DNA of 34,556 nt from a virus. The notes beneath the pieces are model-generated. The model saw only the letters and a list, made by a program, of their open reading frames with translations. It ran no database searches and was not told the origin of the DNA. The stretch is from IMG/VR virus record IMGVR_UViG_3300045790_002272, positions 1 through 34,556 of that record; one strand, given 5' to 3'. The stretch's first letter is position 1; each line of letters starts with the position of its first letter. The position numbers and the translations under genes were made by a program. This document shows, piece after piece, positions 7,264-16,455 of the stretch.

Positions 7264-7610
7264 GCACTGGCGTACACGATAGCGGAGTAGATGCGAATGG
7301 CGTAATGGATGGAATGGAATCGGTGAATTTAGCCATTGCATTTTCTTATCTGATGGGCAGTTCATTATCAAGCAGTTCGGGTGTTCAGCATTATTTTTTG
7401 GGCGAAGCGCGAGAGAGCGTGGCGAGGCAAATTAATGTACTGCGGGATGATTCTGCACCGCTGAGTGATATTTTTCTAGCGTGTGAGGATGATGAGTTGT
7501 TTCACAAGTTGATTGCAGCAGATAGAAGCGGCGGCATTGCTGATCTAGCGGATGTGTTAACGATGATTGATGAGCGCTTGCAGGCGTTGGGAGGTTGTGA
7601 TGAGTGTTAA
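7260..7610 (+). CDS. Hypothetical protein (116 aa)
   Basis: ORF with start/stop overlaps at both ends. Confidence 0.45.
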   Translation: MSTGVHDSGVDANGVMDGMESVNLAIAFSYLMGSSLSSSSGVQHYFLGEARESVARQINVLRDDSAPLSDIFLACEDDELFHKLIAADRSGGIADLADVLTMIDERLQALGGCDEC

Positions 7611-8112
7611 TTGGGCAGAGGTTGATAGGTTTTTGGAAGATAATCGGCCATTTATTCGTGCGCTGATTGCTGTGGAAAGTGGTGGTGATGTGTTTGCATC
7701 GCGATACGAGCCGCACTATGCGTACCTGTGGGATGTGGTTGCTAACGCACCTAAGCGTTGTTATGGAACGTATCGCCCCAACGGGTTTTTGGGCGTTAAC
7801 GGGGTTACGAGTAATCACACAGAGTTTATACAGCAGCGTACAAGCTGGGGGCCTATTCAAATAATGGGGGCGGTGGCGCGCGAGTATGGCTATAAGGGAT
7901 CGTTTCCTGCGTTGTGTGGCGAGCTTGGCGTTCGGTATGGTGTATGGCACTTATTAACGCTTAAGCGCCGCTTGGAAAATAAAGACTTTTTTCAGCAAAG
8001 CGATTTGATTGCAGCGTATAACGCGGGTTGGGTAAGGCATAGCAAAGATGGGCGTTATGTGAATCAGCAGTATGTGGATAAGGTGAATGCTGAATTAAAG
8101 GCGGTGGCGTAA
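7600..8112 (+). CDS. Peptidoglycan hydrolase (muramidase/transglycosylase-like endolysin)
   Basis: ALIAVESGGDVFASRYEPHY and SWGPIQIMGAVAREYGY resemble the N-acetylmuramidase (PF11860-like) motifs. RBS GGAGG. Confidence 0.55.
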   Translation: MSVNWAEVDRFLEDNRPFIRALIAVESGGDVFASRYEPHYAYLWDVVANAPKRCYGTYRPNGFLGVNGVTSNHTEFIQQRTSWGPIQIMGAVAREYGYKGSFPALCGELGVRYGVWHLLTLKRRLENKDFFQQSDLIAAYNAGWVRHSKDGRYVNQQYVDKVNAELKAVA

Positions 8113-8747
8113 TGGCTAGCTTAGCAGGGTTGGCCATGTTAAGTGCGGGTACGTCTAATCTTAATCGCCTGGGCGGTGGTAAACGCTCGACGGTGCGAGA
8201 GGATTTAATGTGCTTATTGGGCAAGGTGAGCGATCATGCGTTTGATTACGCGGCGTTGAAATACATGCTGGCGCCATCCATGGACGAAGTGCTGGCGTGC
8301 TCAACGGGCGATACAGACAAAATGTTTTTACCCAATGACCCAGAGGCAATTAGGCGCGTTCGGATAATGAACAAGGTGATGTGGGTAGAGGCAGGCAGGT
8401 TAGCACGTAAGCATAAATGGAAGCCGCGTGATGTGAAAACGCTAGTTAGACTAGCAGAATTAGCGCTGGCAGAATCCATTGGCGACCCGCGCTGCAAATG
8501 CTGCAACGGCACAGGTGAGCGTATGGCGGGTGCTACGGTTGGTGTGTGCAGGCGTTGCGATGGGTCGGGTAATAGACGCATTACAGGTCGATCATATGCA
8601 GACATGATCGGCATTGACGAAAAAGCATGGCGCACGACATGGAGTGATCGCTATTGGCACTTGCAGCAAGTATGCGACGCATGGCGAGCAGAAGTGGCGG
8701 CTGTGTTATGGGTTGGGTCCAGCGATGAGAGGGTGGGGATATGTTAG
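8112..8747 (+). CDS. Q-like late antiterminator
   Basis: CKCCNGTGER...CRRCDGSGNR double CxxCxGxG zinc motif typical of phage antitermination Q proteins. Lies upstream of the late promoter and terminator cluster. Confidence 0.55.
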   Translation: MASLAGLAMLSAGTSNLNRLGGGKRSTVREDLMCLLGKVSDHAFDYAALKYMLAPSMDEVLACSTGDTDKMFLPNDPEAIRRVRIMNKVMWVEAGRLARKHKWKPRDVKTLVRLAELALAESIGDPRCKCCNGTGERMAGATVGVCRRCDGSGNRRITGRSYADMIGIDEKAWRTTWSDRYWHLQQVCDAWRAEVAAVLWVGSSDERVGIC

Positions 8748-8773
8748 GCTTGAATAATTTTTTTGGAGTCGAT

Positions 8774-8935
8774 ATGAGTGTGTTTTCGCTTGTTGTTGTG
8801 GTATTAATTACTATTTTGCAGTTTGTGTATTTTTATAAAAAGCACTACCCAAAAGATATTCCAGTTAATTCGATGCTTGTGGCTGTTGGGTTTAATTTAT
8901 TTGTGTACGGATTGATTATTTGGGTATTTTTCTAA
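8774..8935 (+). CDS. Small 2-TM membrane protein (53 aa)
   Basis: MSVFSLVVVVLITILQFVYFY...LVAVGFNLFVYGLIIWVFF. RBS GGAG. Confidence 0.4.
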   Translation: MSVFSLVVVVLITILQFVYFYKKHYPKDIPVNSMLVAVGFNLFVYGLIIWVFF

Positions 8936-9060
8936 TTGAATTACTTGTTAGGGGAGGGGGGTAATATGGAAACACTATTTACAATACTACGATCGTCTTT
9001 CTTATGGATCGATTACGGACAAATAGAAGGGTTTTACGAAAAAGAAGATAGGGTGGGGAT

Positions 9061-9258
9061 ATGTTAAGTGATGATTTGAGTAAAGAGACAAGGAAAGCGG
9101 AGGAGGCGATACGCGTCGCGCTTCAAAAGCTTCATGAGACGACAGGGTTAATACCTGTTTCTGTATCGTTTAGCCCCGTTGATGTTAGATGTATGGATGA
9201 TCATGGGAAACGCAAGCAGGTGGTTATTTCTGATGTGGAAGTGATAGCGAATACTTAA
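9061..9258 (+). CDS. Hypothetical protein (65 aa)
   Basis: ORF preceded by the repeated GGGTGGGGATATG initiation context. Confidence 0.4.
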   Translation: MLSDDLSKETRKAEEAIRVALQKLHETTGLIPVSVSFSPVDVRCMDDHGKRKQVVISDVEVIANT

Positions 9259-9368
9259 CACCCGCATAACCGGCGCAGCTTTTAGCGCCCGGTTCATGCG
9301 CTGGTTAGAAAATTAAGTAAAAGAAACCATTTTAATTCCAACCTTTTTTAATTTTTTTAAATTAATGC

Positions 9369-9398
9369 TTGACGGTTAAGTCCGCACTTTGATACTAT
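9369..9398 (+). promoter_or_regulatory. Late promoter (PR'-like)
   Basis: TTGACG, 18-nt spacer, extended -10 TGaTACTAT, in an AT-rich gene-free region. Confidence 0.6.
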
Positions 9399-9427
9399 TT
9401 TTCCCCATAGTACGGATTATTACGCAA

Positions 9428-9453
9428 AGCTCCTTTTGAAGGGGCTTTTTTTA
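9428..9453 (+). terminator. Late-leader terminator 1
   Basis: AGCTCCTT-ttg-AAGGGGCT followed by TTTTTTT. Confidence 0.65.
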
Positions 9454-9504
9454 TGCCTATAATTCTTTGTAAGGCGTTGTTTTAATCCGTCTTTTTCTCC
9501 TCCT

Positions 9505-9528
9505 AGTCGCTTTTTGCGGCTTTTTTTA
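9505..9528 (+). terminator. Late-leader terminator 2
   Basis: AGTCGC-ttttt-GCGGCT followed by TTTTTTT. Confidence 0.55.
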
Positions 9529-9529
9529 T

Positions 9530-9559
9530 GCCCGTTGTTTTCAGCGGGCTTTTTTTTTG
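9530..9559 (+). terminator. Late-leader terminator 3
   Basis: GCCCG-10 nt-CGGGC followed by T9. Confidence 0.6.
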
Positions 9560-9567
9560 GGTGTTTT

Positions 9568-10206
9568 ATGGGTCAATCGTCTTGTCAGTTTAATTGTTTG
9601 GCGGGTGATTGTGCTTGCTCTGATGTGTGCTTGCGTTCTACTGGTGGCAAGGATTATTTCTTATTGCATGGGTTTAATGTTAAGGATGGCGGGGCTTCTA
9701 CGATGGGGCGCTTGTTGCCGTTGTTGCCTAATGCTCGCATCTGGCCTTATGGCTGGCTGGGGTTGATGGGTGTTAGGTTTTTTAATGGGCGTATTGCTGG
9801 CATGTTAGCGGCTTCGTTAACTGAGGGCTGTGTTGTTATTGCGCACAGTAATGCGGCGGCTATTGTTCAGCGTGCGTTACAGTTGGATGGTTGCCCACAG
9901 GTTGAGCGGCTGGTGTTGATTAGGCCAGCGCTGGATTCAGATGCTACGTTTGGCGATAAGGTTGATAGGGTGGATGTGTTCCATCATGCGGATGATATGC
10001 CTGTGTCTGTGAGCAGGTTTATTCCCTGCCATGAGTGGGGCGATATGGGCGCAGTGGGGTATGAAGGTGATGAGCTGCATGTGGTGAATCATGATTCTGC
10101 GGTGTTGTTTGGTGAGTATGCGGGGCATCATTCGGCGTTTGCGAATGAGTCGTTTGGCGCGTTTGCTAAGTATTTGGTGAAGCTGTTGGGGCTGGATGAT
10201 GCTTGA
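9568..10206 (+). CDS. Alpha/beta-hydrolase-fold protein (start trimmed to MGQSS)
   Basis: LLHGF..., nucleophile-elbow-like IAHSNAA, later D and H residues. Cys-rich N-terminus CQFNCLAGDCACSDVC. First ORF after the late leader. Confidence 0.55.
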   Translation: MGQSSCQFNCLAGDCACSDVCLRSTGGKDYFLLHGFNVKDGGASTMGRLLPLLPNARIWPYGWLGLMGVRFFNGRIAGMLAASLTEGCVVIAHSNAAAIVQRALQLDGCPQVERLVLIRPALDSDATFGDKVDRVDVFHHADDMPVSVSRFIPCHEWGDMGAVGYEGDELHVVNHDSAVLFGEYAGHHSAFANESFGAFAKYLVKLLGLDDA

Positions 10207-10504
10207 GCGTGACCCGACTACGTATTCATTGCTAACGTATTTTTGGGTTCTTGGCATCAGTATTTGGGGCGGCTTTGTTGGGTATTTGCGTAAGGTACGT
10301 GAGGGGCATACGCCACGGTTTAGTATTACTGAGTTGATTGGTGAGGTATGCACGAGTGCGTTTAGTGGCGTGCTTACGTTTTATTTGTGTGAGCTGGCAA
10401 AGTTCGACCCGCTATTGACTGCTGCTTTTGTTGGTATTGCAGGGCACATGGGAAGCCGTGCGATTTATATCATTGAGAAGTGTTTGCGTAATAAGTTTGG
10501 GTGA
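10196..10504 (+). CDS. LydA-like holin (holin superfamily III)
   Basis: Pattern GGFVGYLRK...ELIGEVCTSAFSGVL...AAFVGIAGHMGSRAI parallels P1 LydA as I recall it. Overlaps the upstream stop. Confidence 0.55.
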   Translation: MMLERDPTTYSLLTYFWVLGISIWGGFVGYLRKVREGHTPRFSITELIGEVCTSAFSGVLTFYLCELAKFDPLLTAAFVGIAGHMGSRAIYIIEKCLRNKFG

Positions 10505-10812
10505 GCATGTCTTCTTCATCTAATGTTATTTACGGCGGCAGATGGCGCAAGGCAAGGCTGGCTTATCTTGCTAAGCACCCGCTATGTCGGCGGCATCAAG
10601 AAAGAGGTGAGATTGTTGCTGCTACTGTTGTTGATCATATTGTTCCGCATAAGGGTGATATGAAGTTGTTCTGGGATAGTAAGAATAATTGGCAGTCATT
10701 GTGTAAGCATTGCCACGATAGCTGGAAGCAAAGGCTTGAACGTAGTGGAAAAGAGCTAGGTTGTGACGTAAAAGGCGCGCCAATTGACCCAAATCATCAC
10801 TGGAATAGGTAG
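10501..10812 (+). CDS. HNH endonuclease (terminase-associated)
   Basis: VVDHIVPHKGD...NNWQSLCKHCHDSWK. Sits immediately upstream of terS/terL as in HK97-like cos phages. Start is GTG 10501 or ATG 10507. Confidence 0.85.
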   Translation: MSMSSSSNVIYGGRWRKARLAYLAKHPLCRRHQERGEIVAATVVDHIVPHKGDMKLFWDSKNNWQSLCKHCHDSWKQRLERSGKELGCDVKGAPIDPNHHWNR

Positions 10813-10820
10813 TTGTTAGT

Positions 10821-10911
10821 GGGAGGGGGGGGTAAATTCTCTAGGAATTGGCGCATTGGTGACCGCAGCCCACTGTTTTTTTTTGGCGGCGGGAGTTTTG
10901 GAGGGGGGGGG
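10821..10911 (+). other. Two G-rich direct repeats in the HNH-terS gap (candidate cos/packaging region)
   Basis: GGGAG8TAAAT at 10821 and GGAG9TATTAA at 10900, with a T9 run between them. A related GGGGAG6TAAT lies at 8951. Confidence 0.3.
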
Positions 10912-10999
10912 TATTAAGCCCTAATCCAATTGCTGCTAAGTCTTTTTATTGAAATTTTAATCTTATGCGCGTTTGCGTAGATATTTTATCGGGTGATTT

Positions 11000-11488
11000 A
11001 TGGGAGCAAGAGGACCAAAGCCATTGCCTAATGTTGTTCATCTGACAACAGGCAACAGAAGCAAGAAACCAGCGCACGAGTTAATAGATGACGTTAAGCC
11101 GGATATTGAAATTCCAAAATGTCCTTCGCATTTATTGCCGCAAGCGAAAAGAGAGTGGAAGCGAATTTCACCTCAGCTTGAAAAACTTGGCTTAATTACG
11201 GCGATGGATATGGCAGCGTTAGCGGCTTATTGCCAAGCGTATGCCCGTTGGTCAACAACCGAGGCCAAATTAAAAGAATTGGGTGAAGAAGGCCTGGTTG
11301 AAACAACAAAATCAGGCTACAAACAAATCTCAGTGTTATTGCAAATAAGCAATCGCGCATCAGAGCAAATGCACAAATTCATGTGTGAATTTGGCATGTC
11401 GCCATCGTCTCGATCACGAGTAACAGCGTCACCACAAAGCGACATGTTTGGAAATGAAGAAGAAACAGGCCCCGGCAGATATTTTTGA
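11000..11488 (+). CDS. Terminase small subunit (P27 family)
   Basis: MGARGPKP...W..ISPQLEKLGLITAMDMAALAAYCQAYARW...EFGMSPSSRSR is typical of the P27-family TerS. Confidence 0.85.
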   Translation: MGARGPKPLPNVVHLTTGNRSKKPAHELIDDVKPDIEIPKCPSHLLPQAKREWKRISPQLEKLGLITAMDMAALAAYCQAYARWSTTEAKLKELGEEGLVETTKSGYKQISVLLQISNRASEQMHKFMCEFGMSPSSRSRVTASPQSDMFGNEEETGPGRYF

Positions 11489-13163
11489 TAGCGTCACCGA
11501 TTACGCACAAAGCGTAGTTAACGGTGACATTATCGCTGGTCCGCATGTTAGAGATGCCTGTAAGCGCCACTTAGACGACCTAATCAAAGCACCTAAACGG
11601 GGCTTTTTTTTTAATGTTGAATTAGCCGAATACGTTATTGGCTTCTTCAAGCATGTCTTAAAACTCAACGGTGGGGATTTTGAAGGTGTGCCTTATGAGC
11701 CATTGCCTTGGCAGTGCTTCGTAATCGGTAGCCTATTTGGATGGATTGATGAAAATGGATATCGCCGCTTTAGAGTGTCCTTTATTGAAACAGGAAAAGG
11801 ATCAGGCAAAAGTCCATTAGCCGCTGGCATAGGCATGTATGGCCTAATAGCCGACAACGAAAACAGGGCAGAAGTTTACGCAGCCGCCGCAAAAAAAGAT
11901 CAAGCAATGATCTTGTTTCGCGATGCCGTGGCAATGGTTGATCTGTCGCCAGACCTGCACAAACGAATCGTGCAATCAGGCGCAGGGCAAAACGTATGGA
12001 ATCTAGCTTATTTAGAAAAAGGCTCGTTCTTTAGGCCCATTAGTGCAGATCAAGGTCAGTCTGGCCCAAGGCCACACATATCATTGCTTGATGAGATACA
12101 CGAACACAAAAACGGCAATGTCGTAAAAATGCTACGTGCCGGAACAAAAGGGCGCAAGCAAGCCCTCATGTTCATGATTACCAACAGCGGTCACGACAAA
12201 ACAACCATCTGTTGGGACTACCACGACTACGGCGCCAAAGTAGCAGCAGGCCAAATACAAGACGACGCGTTCTTTAGCTATATCTGCGCGTTAGATGAAG
12301 ATGACGACCCAATTAATGACGAATCTTGCTGGCCTAAAGCCAACCCAAGCCTCGGCATAACCATACCGCATAAATACTTACGCGAACTGGTAAACCAAGC
12401 GCGAGGTATGCCATCGGCAGAATCAGAAGTGCGGCGGCTTAATTTCTGCCAGTGGGTCGGGGCTGAAAACCCGTGGATAAGCTCAGATGTATGGTTTAAC
12501 GCGCAAGAAGAAATAGACCCAGAGCTATTAAAAGGCCGCGCATGTCATGGCGGCTTAGATTTATCGTCAACCCAAGATTTAACATCGCTTGTTTTGGAAT
12601 TTGAGCCAACAGAACAAGACCCAGTGTATCGATATTTACACTACTTCTGGTTACCCAGCGAAGGGTTAAAAGCAAAATCAGATGCCGACAACGTAGATTA
12701 TCTAGCATGGGAAAAAGCAGGGTATTTAGAAACAACACCCGGCAAAGCCATCAGTAAATTATTCGTCATTGCGCGATTAGCCGAAATAACACAGCAGTTT
12801 GACCTAAAAATGGTCGGCTACGACCGATGGCGAATAGAGGACCTAAAGCAAATGCTGCTAGATGAAGGTATCGATATACCCCTAATGGGCTACGGCCAAG
12901 GGTTTAAAGACATGGCCCCAGCGCTAGATGAATTTGAACGAGTGCTGCTTAACGACGAATGCAAACACAGCGTTAATCCAGTCATGACCTGGTGCGCAGC
13001 AAATGCCGTTGTAGATACCGACCCAGCAGGCAACCGAAAAGTAACAAAATCAAAAGCCACAGGCCGAGTGGACGGCGTAGTAGCAGGGCTAATGGCAACA
13101 GGCACGAGGTTAAAAATGGCAACAGAAGATCATGAGCCTAAAGCGGAACTAATAATTTTATGA
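11448..13163 (+). CDS. Terminase large subunit
   Basis: Walker-A-like ETGKGSGKS, LPWQ motif, 571 aa, position after TerS. Confidence 0.9.
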   Translation: MEMKKKQAPADIFDSVTDYAQSVVNGDIIAGPHVRDACKRHLDDLIKAPKRGFFFNVELAEYVIGFFKHVLKLNGGDFEGVPYEPLPWQCFVIGSLFGWIDENGYRRFRVSFIETGKGSGKSPLAAGIGMYGLIADNENRAEVYAAAAKKDQAMILFRDAVAMVDLSPDLHKRIVQSGAGQNVWNLAYLEKGSFFRPISADQGQSGPRPHISLLDEIHEHKNGNVVKMLRAGTKGRKQALMFMITNSGHDKTTICWDYHDYGAKVAAGQIQDDAFFSYICALDEDDDPINDESCWPKANPSLGITIPHKYLRELVNQARGMPSAESEVRRLNFCQWVGAENPWISSDVWFNAQEEIDPELLKGRACHGGLDLSSTQDLTSLVLEFEPTEQDPVYRYLHYFWLPSEGLKAKSDADNVDYLAWEKAGYLETTPGKAISKLFVIARLAEITQQFDLKMVGYDRWRIEDLKQMLLDEGIDIPLMGYGQGFKDMAPALDEFERVLLNDECKHSVNPVMTWCAANAVVDTDPAGNRKVTKSKATGRVDGVVAGLMATGTRLKMATEDHEPKAELIIL

Positions 13164-14428
13164 AAATACCATTCTTCGGAAATCAAAAAAATAGTGCGCT
13201 TAATGAGCTTATAGATGCGGCTGACAAAGTAAACAACCAGCAGCAAATTAATAATGCCATATCAATCAATTCAGATGAACTATCTTCATTTATAAGTGGC
13301 GGCATGAATGCAGGTGTGGCAGTTAATGAGCAAAGCGCTATGAAAGTCAGCGCGGTTTATGCGTCAGTAGCCCTAATCGGTGGCGCTATAGCATCATTAC
13401 CATTGCCGATATATAAATACAGTGGGGGAGATCGTGAAAAAACAGATCACCCCGCTTGGTGGTTATTAAATAGACAGCCAAGCCCAATATGTTCAGCGGC
13501 TGTCTTTTGGGAGTCATTTATCGGTTCGTTGCTTCTACACGGTGACGGATTCGCTAAAATAATCAGGCCATCAAAAGTAAGCAGAGATGTAATAGGGTTC
13601 GAATGGTATAAAAAGTCAGAAGTTGAAGTATTAGAAGATAAAGGCAGGCTGATTTACGTATTACAGCGCGATAATAAGCGCGAAACAGTGTCACAAGACG
13701 ACATGATTCATGTCCCAGGACCGGGTTTCAACGGCAAAAATGGCATGAGCCAAATTAAATATGTGTTGTTGAACGCAGCAGGTATAGCCATTGCAGCAGA
13801 CCAATTCAGTAGCGCGTTCTTTAAAAATGGTGCTAGACCGGATTTTGCGCTTGAGTTCCCCAGTTCAATAACCGAAGACCAGCAAGACATGATACGCAGG
13901 ACGTGGGGAGATAGACATCAAGGGCCAAGTAATGCACATTTACCCGCTTTAATGTCCGGCGGTGCAAAAGTTCACGAGCTAACAATGAACGCAGAAGACG
14001 CGCAGTTGATTACTACGCGAGAATTTCAAGTTGAGGATATTGCGCGAATATTTGGCGTTCCACCGCACATGATTGGTCACACAAAAAACAATACAAGCTG
14101 GGGAACAGGTGTGGAGCAAATGTCGATTGGCTTTGTTAAATACACGTTAGGCCGTTACTTGGTAAAAATAGAACAAGAACTAAATAGAAAGCTATTCGGC
14201 AATACGAGAGAGTATTTTGCTGAATTTAACACCGCAGGGCTAGAGCGTGGTGATTATAAGACGAGAATGGAAGGGTACCGGATAGCGTTAGGTCGCGCAG
14301 GCGAACCGGGCTGGTTAACACAGCAGGAAATCCGCAAATTAGAAAACCTATCAACCGAGCCAAAAGCCGGAACACTCAACAAGGGGCAAACAAATGAATC
14401 CACTACTGAAGCTATTAGCGCAGAATAA
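13160..14428 (+). CDS. Portal protein (HK97 family)
   Basis: 422 aa. ...FGVPPHMIGH...GVEQMSIGFVKYTL... and gene order. Confidence 0.85.
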   Translation: MKIPFFGNQKNSALNELIDAADKVNNQQQINNAISINSDELSSFISGGMNAGVAVNEQSAMKVSAVYASVALIGGAIASLPLPIYKYSGGDREKTDHPAWWLLNRQPSPICSAAVFWESFIGSLLLHGDGFAKIIRPSKVSRDVIGFEWYKKSEVEVLEDKGRLIYVLQRDNKRETVSQDDMIHVPGPGFNGKNGMSQIKYVLLNAAGIAIAADQFSSAFFKNGARPDFALEFPSSITEDQQDMIRRTWGDRHQGPSNAHLPALMSGGAKVHELTMNAEDAQLITTREFQVEDIARIFGVPPHMIGHTKNNTSWGTGVEQMSIGFVKYTLGRYLVKIEQELNRKLFGNTREYFAEFNTAGLERGDYKTRMEGYRIALGRAGEPGWLTQQEIRKLENLSTEPKAGTLNKGQTNESTTEAISAE

Positions 14429-15182
14429 GGGCAAAGGCCAGCCAATAAAGGCTGTTAAAGAAGGAAATGAGGCTACTATTTACGTTTACGGCGCCATTGT
14501 CACCGAGGATTATTGGGGAGATTCTGTCGTCGCTGAATCTTTTGTAAGGGAGCTTAGGTCAGTTACTGAAGATACAGTACATATTCGCGTGCAATCGCCT
14601 GGCGGTGATGTGTTCGCAGGTGTTGCGATGGCTCAGGCAATATTAGAGCATCCAAGTAAAACAGTCGTTCATATCGACGGCATGGCAGCGAGCGCGGCTA
14701 CATTCTTAGTCATGGCAGCGGATGAAACAGTTATATCAGCCGGTGCAGAGTTTATGATACATAAAGCATGGACGATAGCCGCCGGTAATGAGCACGACTT
14801 TATAAAAGTAGCTAATGATTTAGCCCGTATAGACAGCACTATTGTTGATAAGTATATGACTAAAGTCGGTGAAGAACGTGCTCAGGTTGTAGCTTGGATG
14901 GATGACGAGACTAGTTGGTTTGGCCAAGAAGCTGTAGACGCAGGGTTTGTCGATAACGTTTCACAAGCAAGCGTTAAAAACGTTATTAAATGGGATTTAT
15001 CGGCATATAAAGAAGATTTAACGCCAAAGAATAACGCCCCAAAAACTGAAGAGCTAGAACCAGCGGCGAAAATAGAAGCTGGGCCAAAACAAGAGCCAGC
15101 AAATAAAGAAGAATTAGAGTTAGATAAACAAGATTTATCAGCTCAATATAGGCAACTAGAAGTTGTGACACTAACCGCGTAG
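14394..15182 (+). CDS. ClpP-like prohead protease (S14)
   Basis: IYVYGAI...VQSPGGDVFAGVAM...GMAASAATFLVMAADE...MIHKAW. Confidence 0.85.
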   Translation: MNPLLKLLAQNKGKGQPIKAVKEGNEATIYVYGAIVTEDYWGDSVVAESFVRELRSVTEDTVHIRVQSPGGDVFAGVAMAQAILEHPSKTVVHIDGMAASAATFLVMAADETVISAGAEFMIHKAWTIAAGNEHDFIKVANDLARIDSTIVDKYMTKVGEERAQVVAWMDDETSWFGQEAVDAGFVDNVSQASVKNVIKWDLSAYKEDLTPKNNAPKTEELEPAAKIEAGPKQEPANKEELELDKQDLSAQYRQLEVVTLTA

Positions 15183-15243
15183 CTCACGCCGCGCATTTCA
15201 AACAGCCCGTTTTACGGGTTTTTTATACATAAAGGAAATTATT

Positions 15244-16455
15244 ATGAAATCTATCCAAGACCTTCGTGAGCAACGTAGTTCAGTAGCTCAAAACATGAAA
15301 GCATTGCTTGATGATAACAAAGACAAGAAATGGGAAAGCTCGCACCAAGAAAAATATGATTCATATTTGAAAGAAGTAGACGCGCTAGACGCCGACATTA
15401 AGAACGTTCAAAATTACATGGACACCGTCGCCGACGAGCATATGAAAGACAAGCAAGAAGAGACTTTCAACGGTAAAACCAAAGACAAAACAGTTCGTGA
15501 CATCCATGCCAAATGGTTACGTGGTGGCGACAGTGCTATTAATGCGGAAGAATGGGGCGTTATCCGCAACACATTAAGCACAAGTACAGGCAGCGAGGGC
15601 GGTTATTCTGTTCAATCAGAAGTTGCTCAGACCCTAGTTGAAGCATTAAAAGCATACGGCGGCGTTCGTGAAGTGGCCACTGTCATTCAAACTGAAATGG
15701 GCAATCCATTATCATTCCCAACAACAGATGGTACCGCAGAAGTTGGTGAGTTGATCGGCGAAAATACAACCGCAACAGACCAAGACCCAACATTCGGAAC
15801 TGTGCCTGTTGACGCTTATAAGTTCAGTTCAAAAGTAGTTGCTGTGCCATTTGAATTACTACAAGATAGCCAAATTGATATTGAATCATTCGTAAATAGC
15901 CGATTAATTGATCGCTTAGGCCGTGTTACTAATCAATACTTGACAACCGGTACAGGAACATCACAGCCGGGCGGTATTGTCACTGGTGCGTCATCTGGTA
16001 AGGTTGGTACAACGGGTCAAACAACAAGCATTATTTACGATGACCTAGTTGATTTGGTTCATTCTGTAGACCCCGCTTACCGCCGTCAAGGTGGGACAGG
16101 CTTTATGATGAATGATGCTTCATTAAAAGTTATTCGCAAAATTAAAGACTCACAAGGCCGCCCTATATTCTTACCGGGTTATGACGGGTTGAGCGGTCCA
16201 ATGGCTGATACTATTCTTGGTGAAAGTGTAACTATTAACCAAGATGTTGCAGTTATGGCAGCTAGTGCGAAATCAATTTTATTCGGTGACTTCAGCAAAT
16301 ACATCGTGCGAGATGTTATGCAAGCGTCATTGTTTAGATTCACAGATTCGGCTTACGCAAAACTAGGTCAGGTCGGTTTCTTAATGTGGATGCGTGCAGG
16401 CGGTAACCTTACTGACTCTTCAGCTGTTAAGTATTACCAAAACTCAGCGACTTAA
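15244..16455 (+). CDS. Major capsid protein (HK97 family)
   Basis: 403 aa with an N-terminal coiled delta-like region, then GGYSVQSEVAQTLVEALK.... Follows the protease. Confidence 0.85.
   Translation: MKSIQDLREQRSSVAQNMKALLDDNKDKKWESSHQEKYDSYLKEVDALDADIKNVQNYMDTVADEHMKDKQEETFNGKTKDKTVRDIHAKWLRGGDSAINAEEWGVIRNTLSTSTGSEGGYSVQSEVAQTLVEALKAYGGVREVATVIQTEMGNPLSFPTTDGTAEVGELIGENTTATDQDPTFGTVPVDAYKFSSKVVAVPFELLQDSQIDIESFVNSRLIDRLGRVTNQYLTTGTGTSQPGGIVTGASSGKVGTTGQTTSIIYDDLVDLVHSVDPAYRRQGGTGFMMNDASLKVIRKIKDSQGRPIFLPGYDGLSGPMADTILGESVTINQDVAVMAASAKSILFGDFSKYIVRDVMQASLFRFTDSAYAKLGQVGFLMWMRAGGNLTDSSAVKYYQNSAT

Noticed and set aside
6574-7950. Long minus-strand ORFs (6574-6855, 6579-6923, 7030-7371, 7432-7950), and 29167-29712 and 29962-30276
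   Set aside because: They are shadow ORFs opposite recognisable or operon-packed genes. Their low-complexity, Arg/His/Pro/Thr-rich translations are typical of antisense frames.
9514-9567. The N-terminal extension of the hydrolase ORF (230-aa form)
   Set aside because: It would start at a non-ATG codon inside terminators 2 and 3 of the late leader. ATG 9568 directly follows the last terminator.
10821-10911. The G-rich tracts as G-quadruplex elements or as strong RBSs of missed genes
   Set aside because: Each locus has only one long G run, not four spaced tracts. No start codon or ORF follows the two copies at 10821 and 10900.
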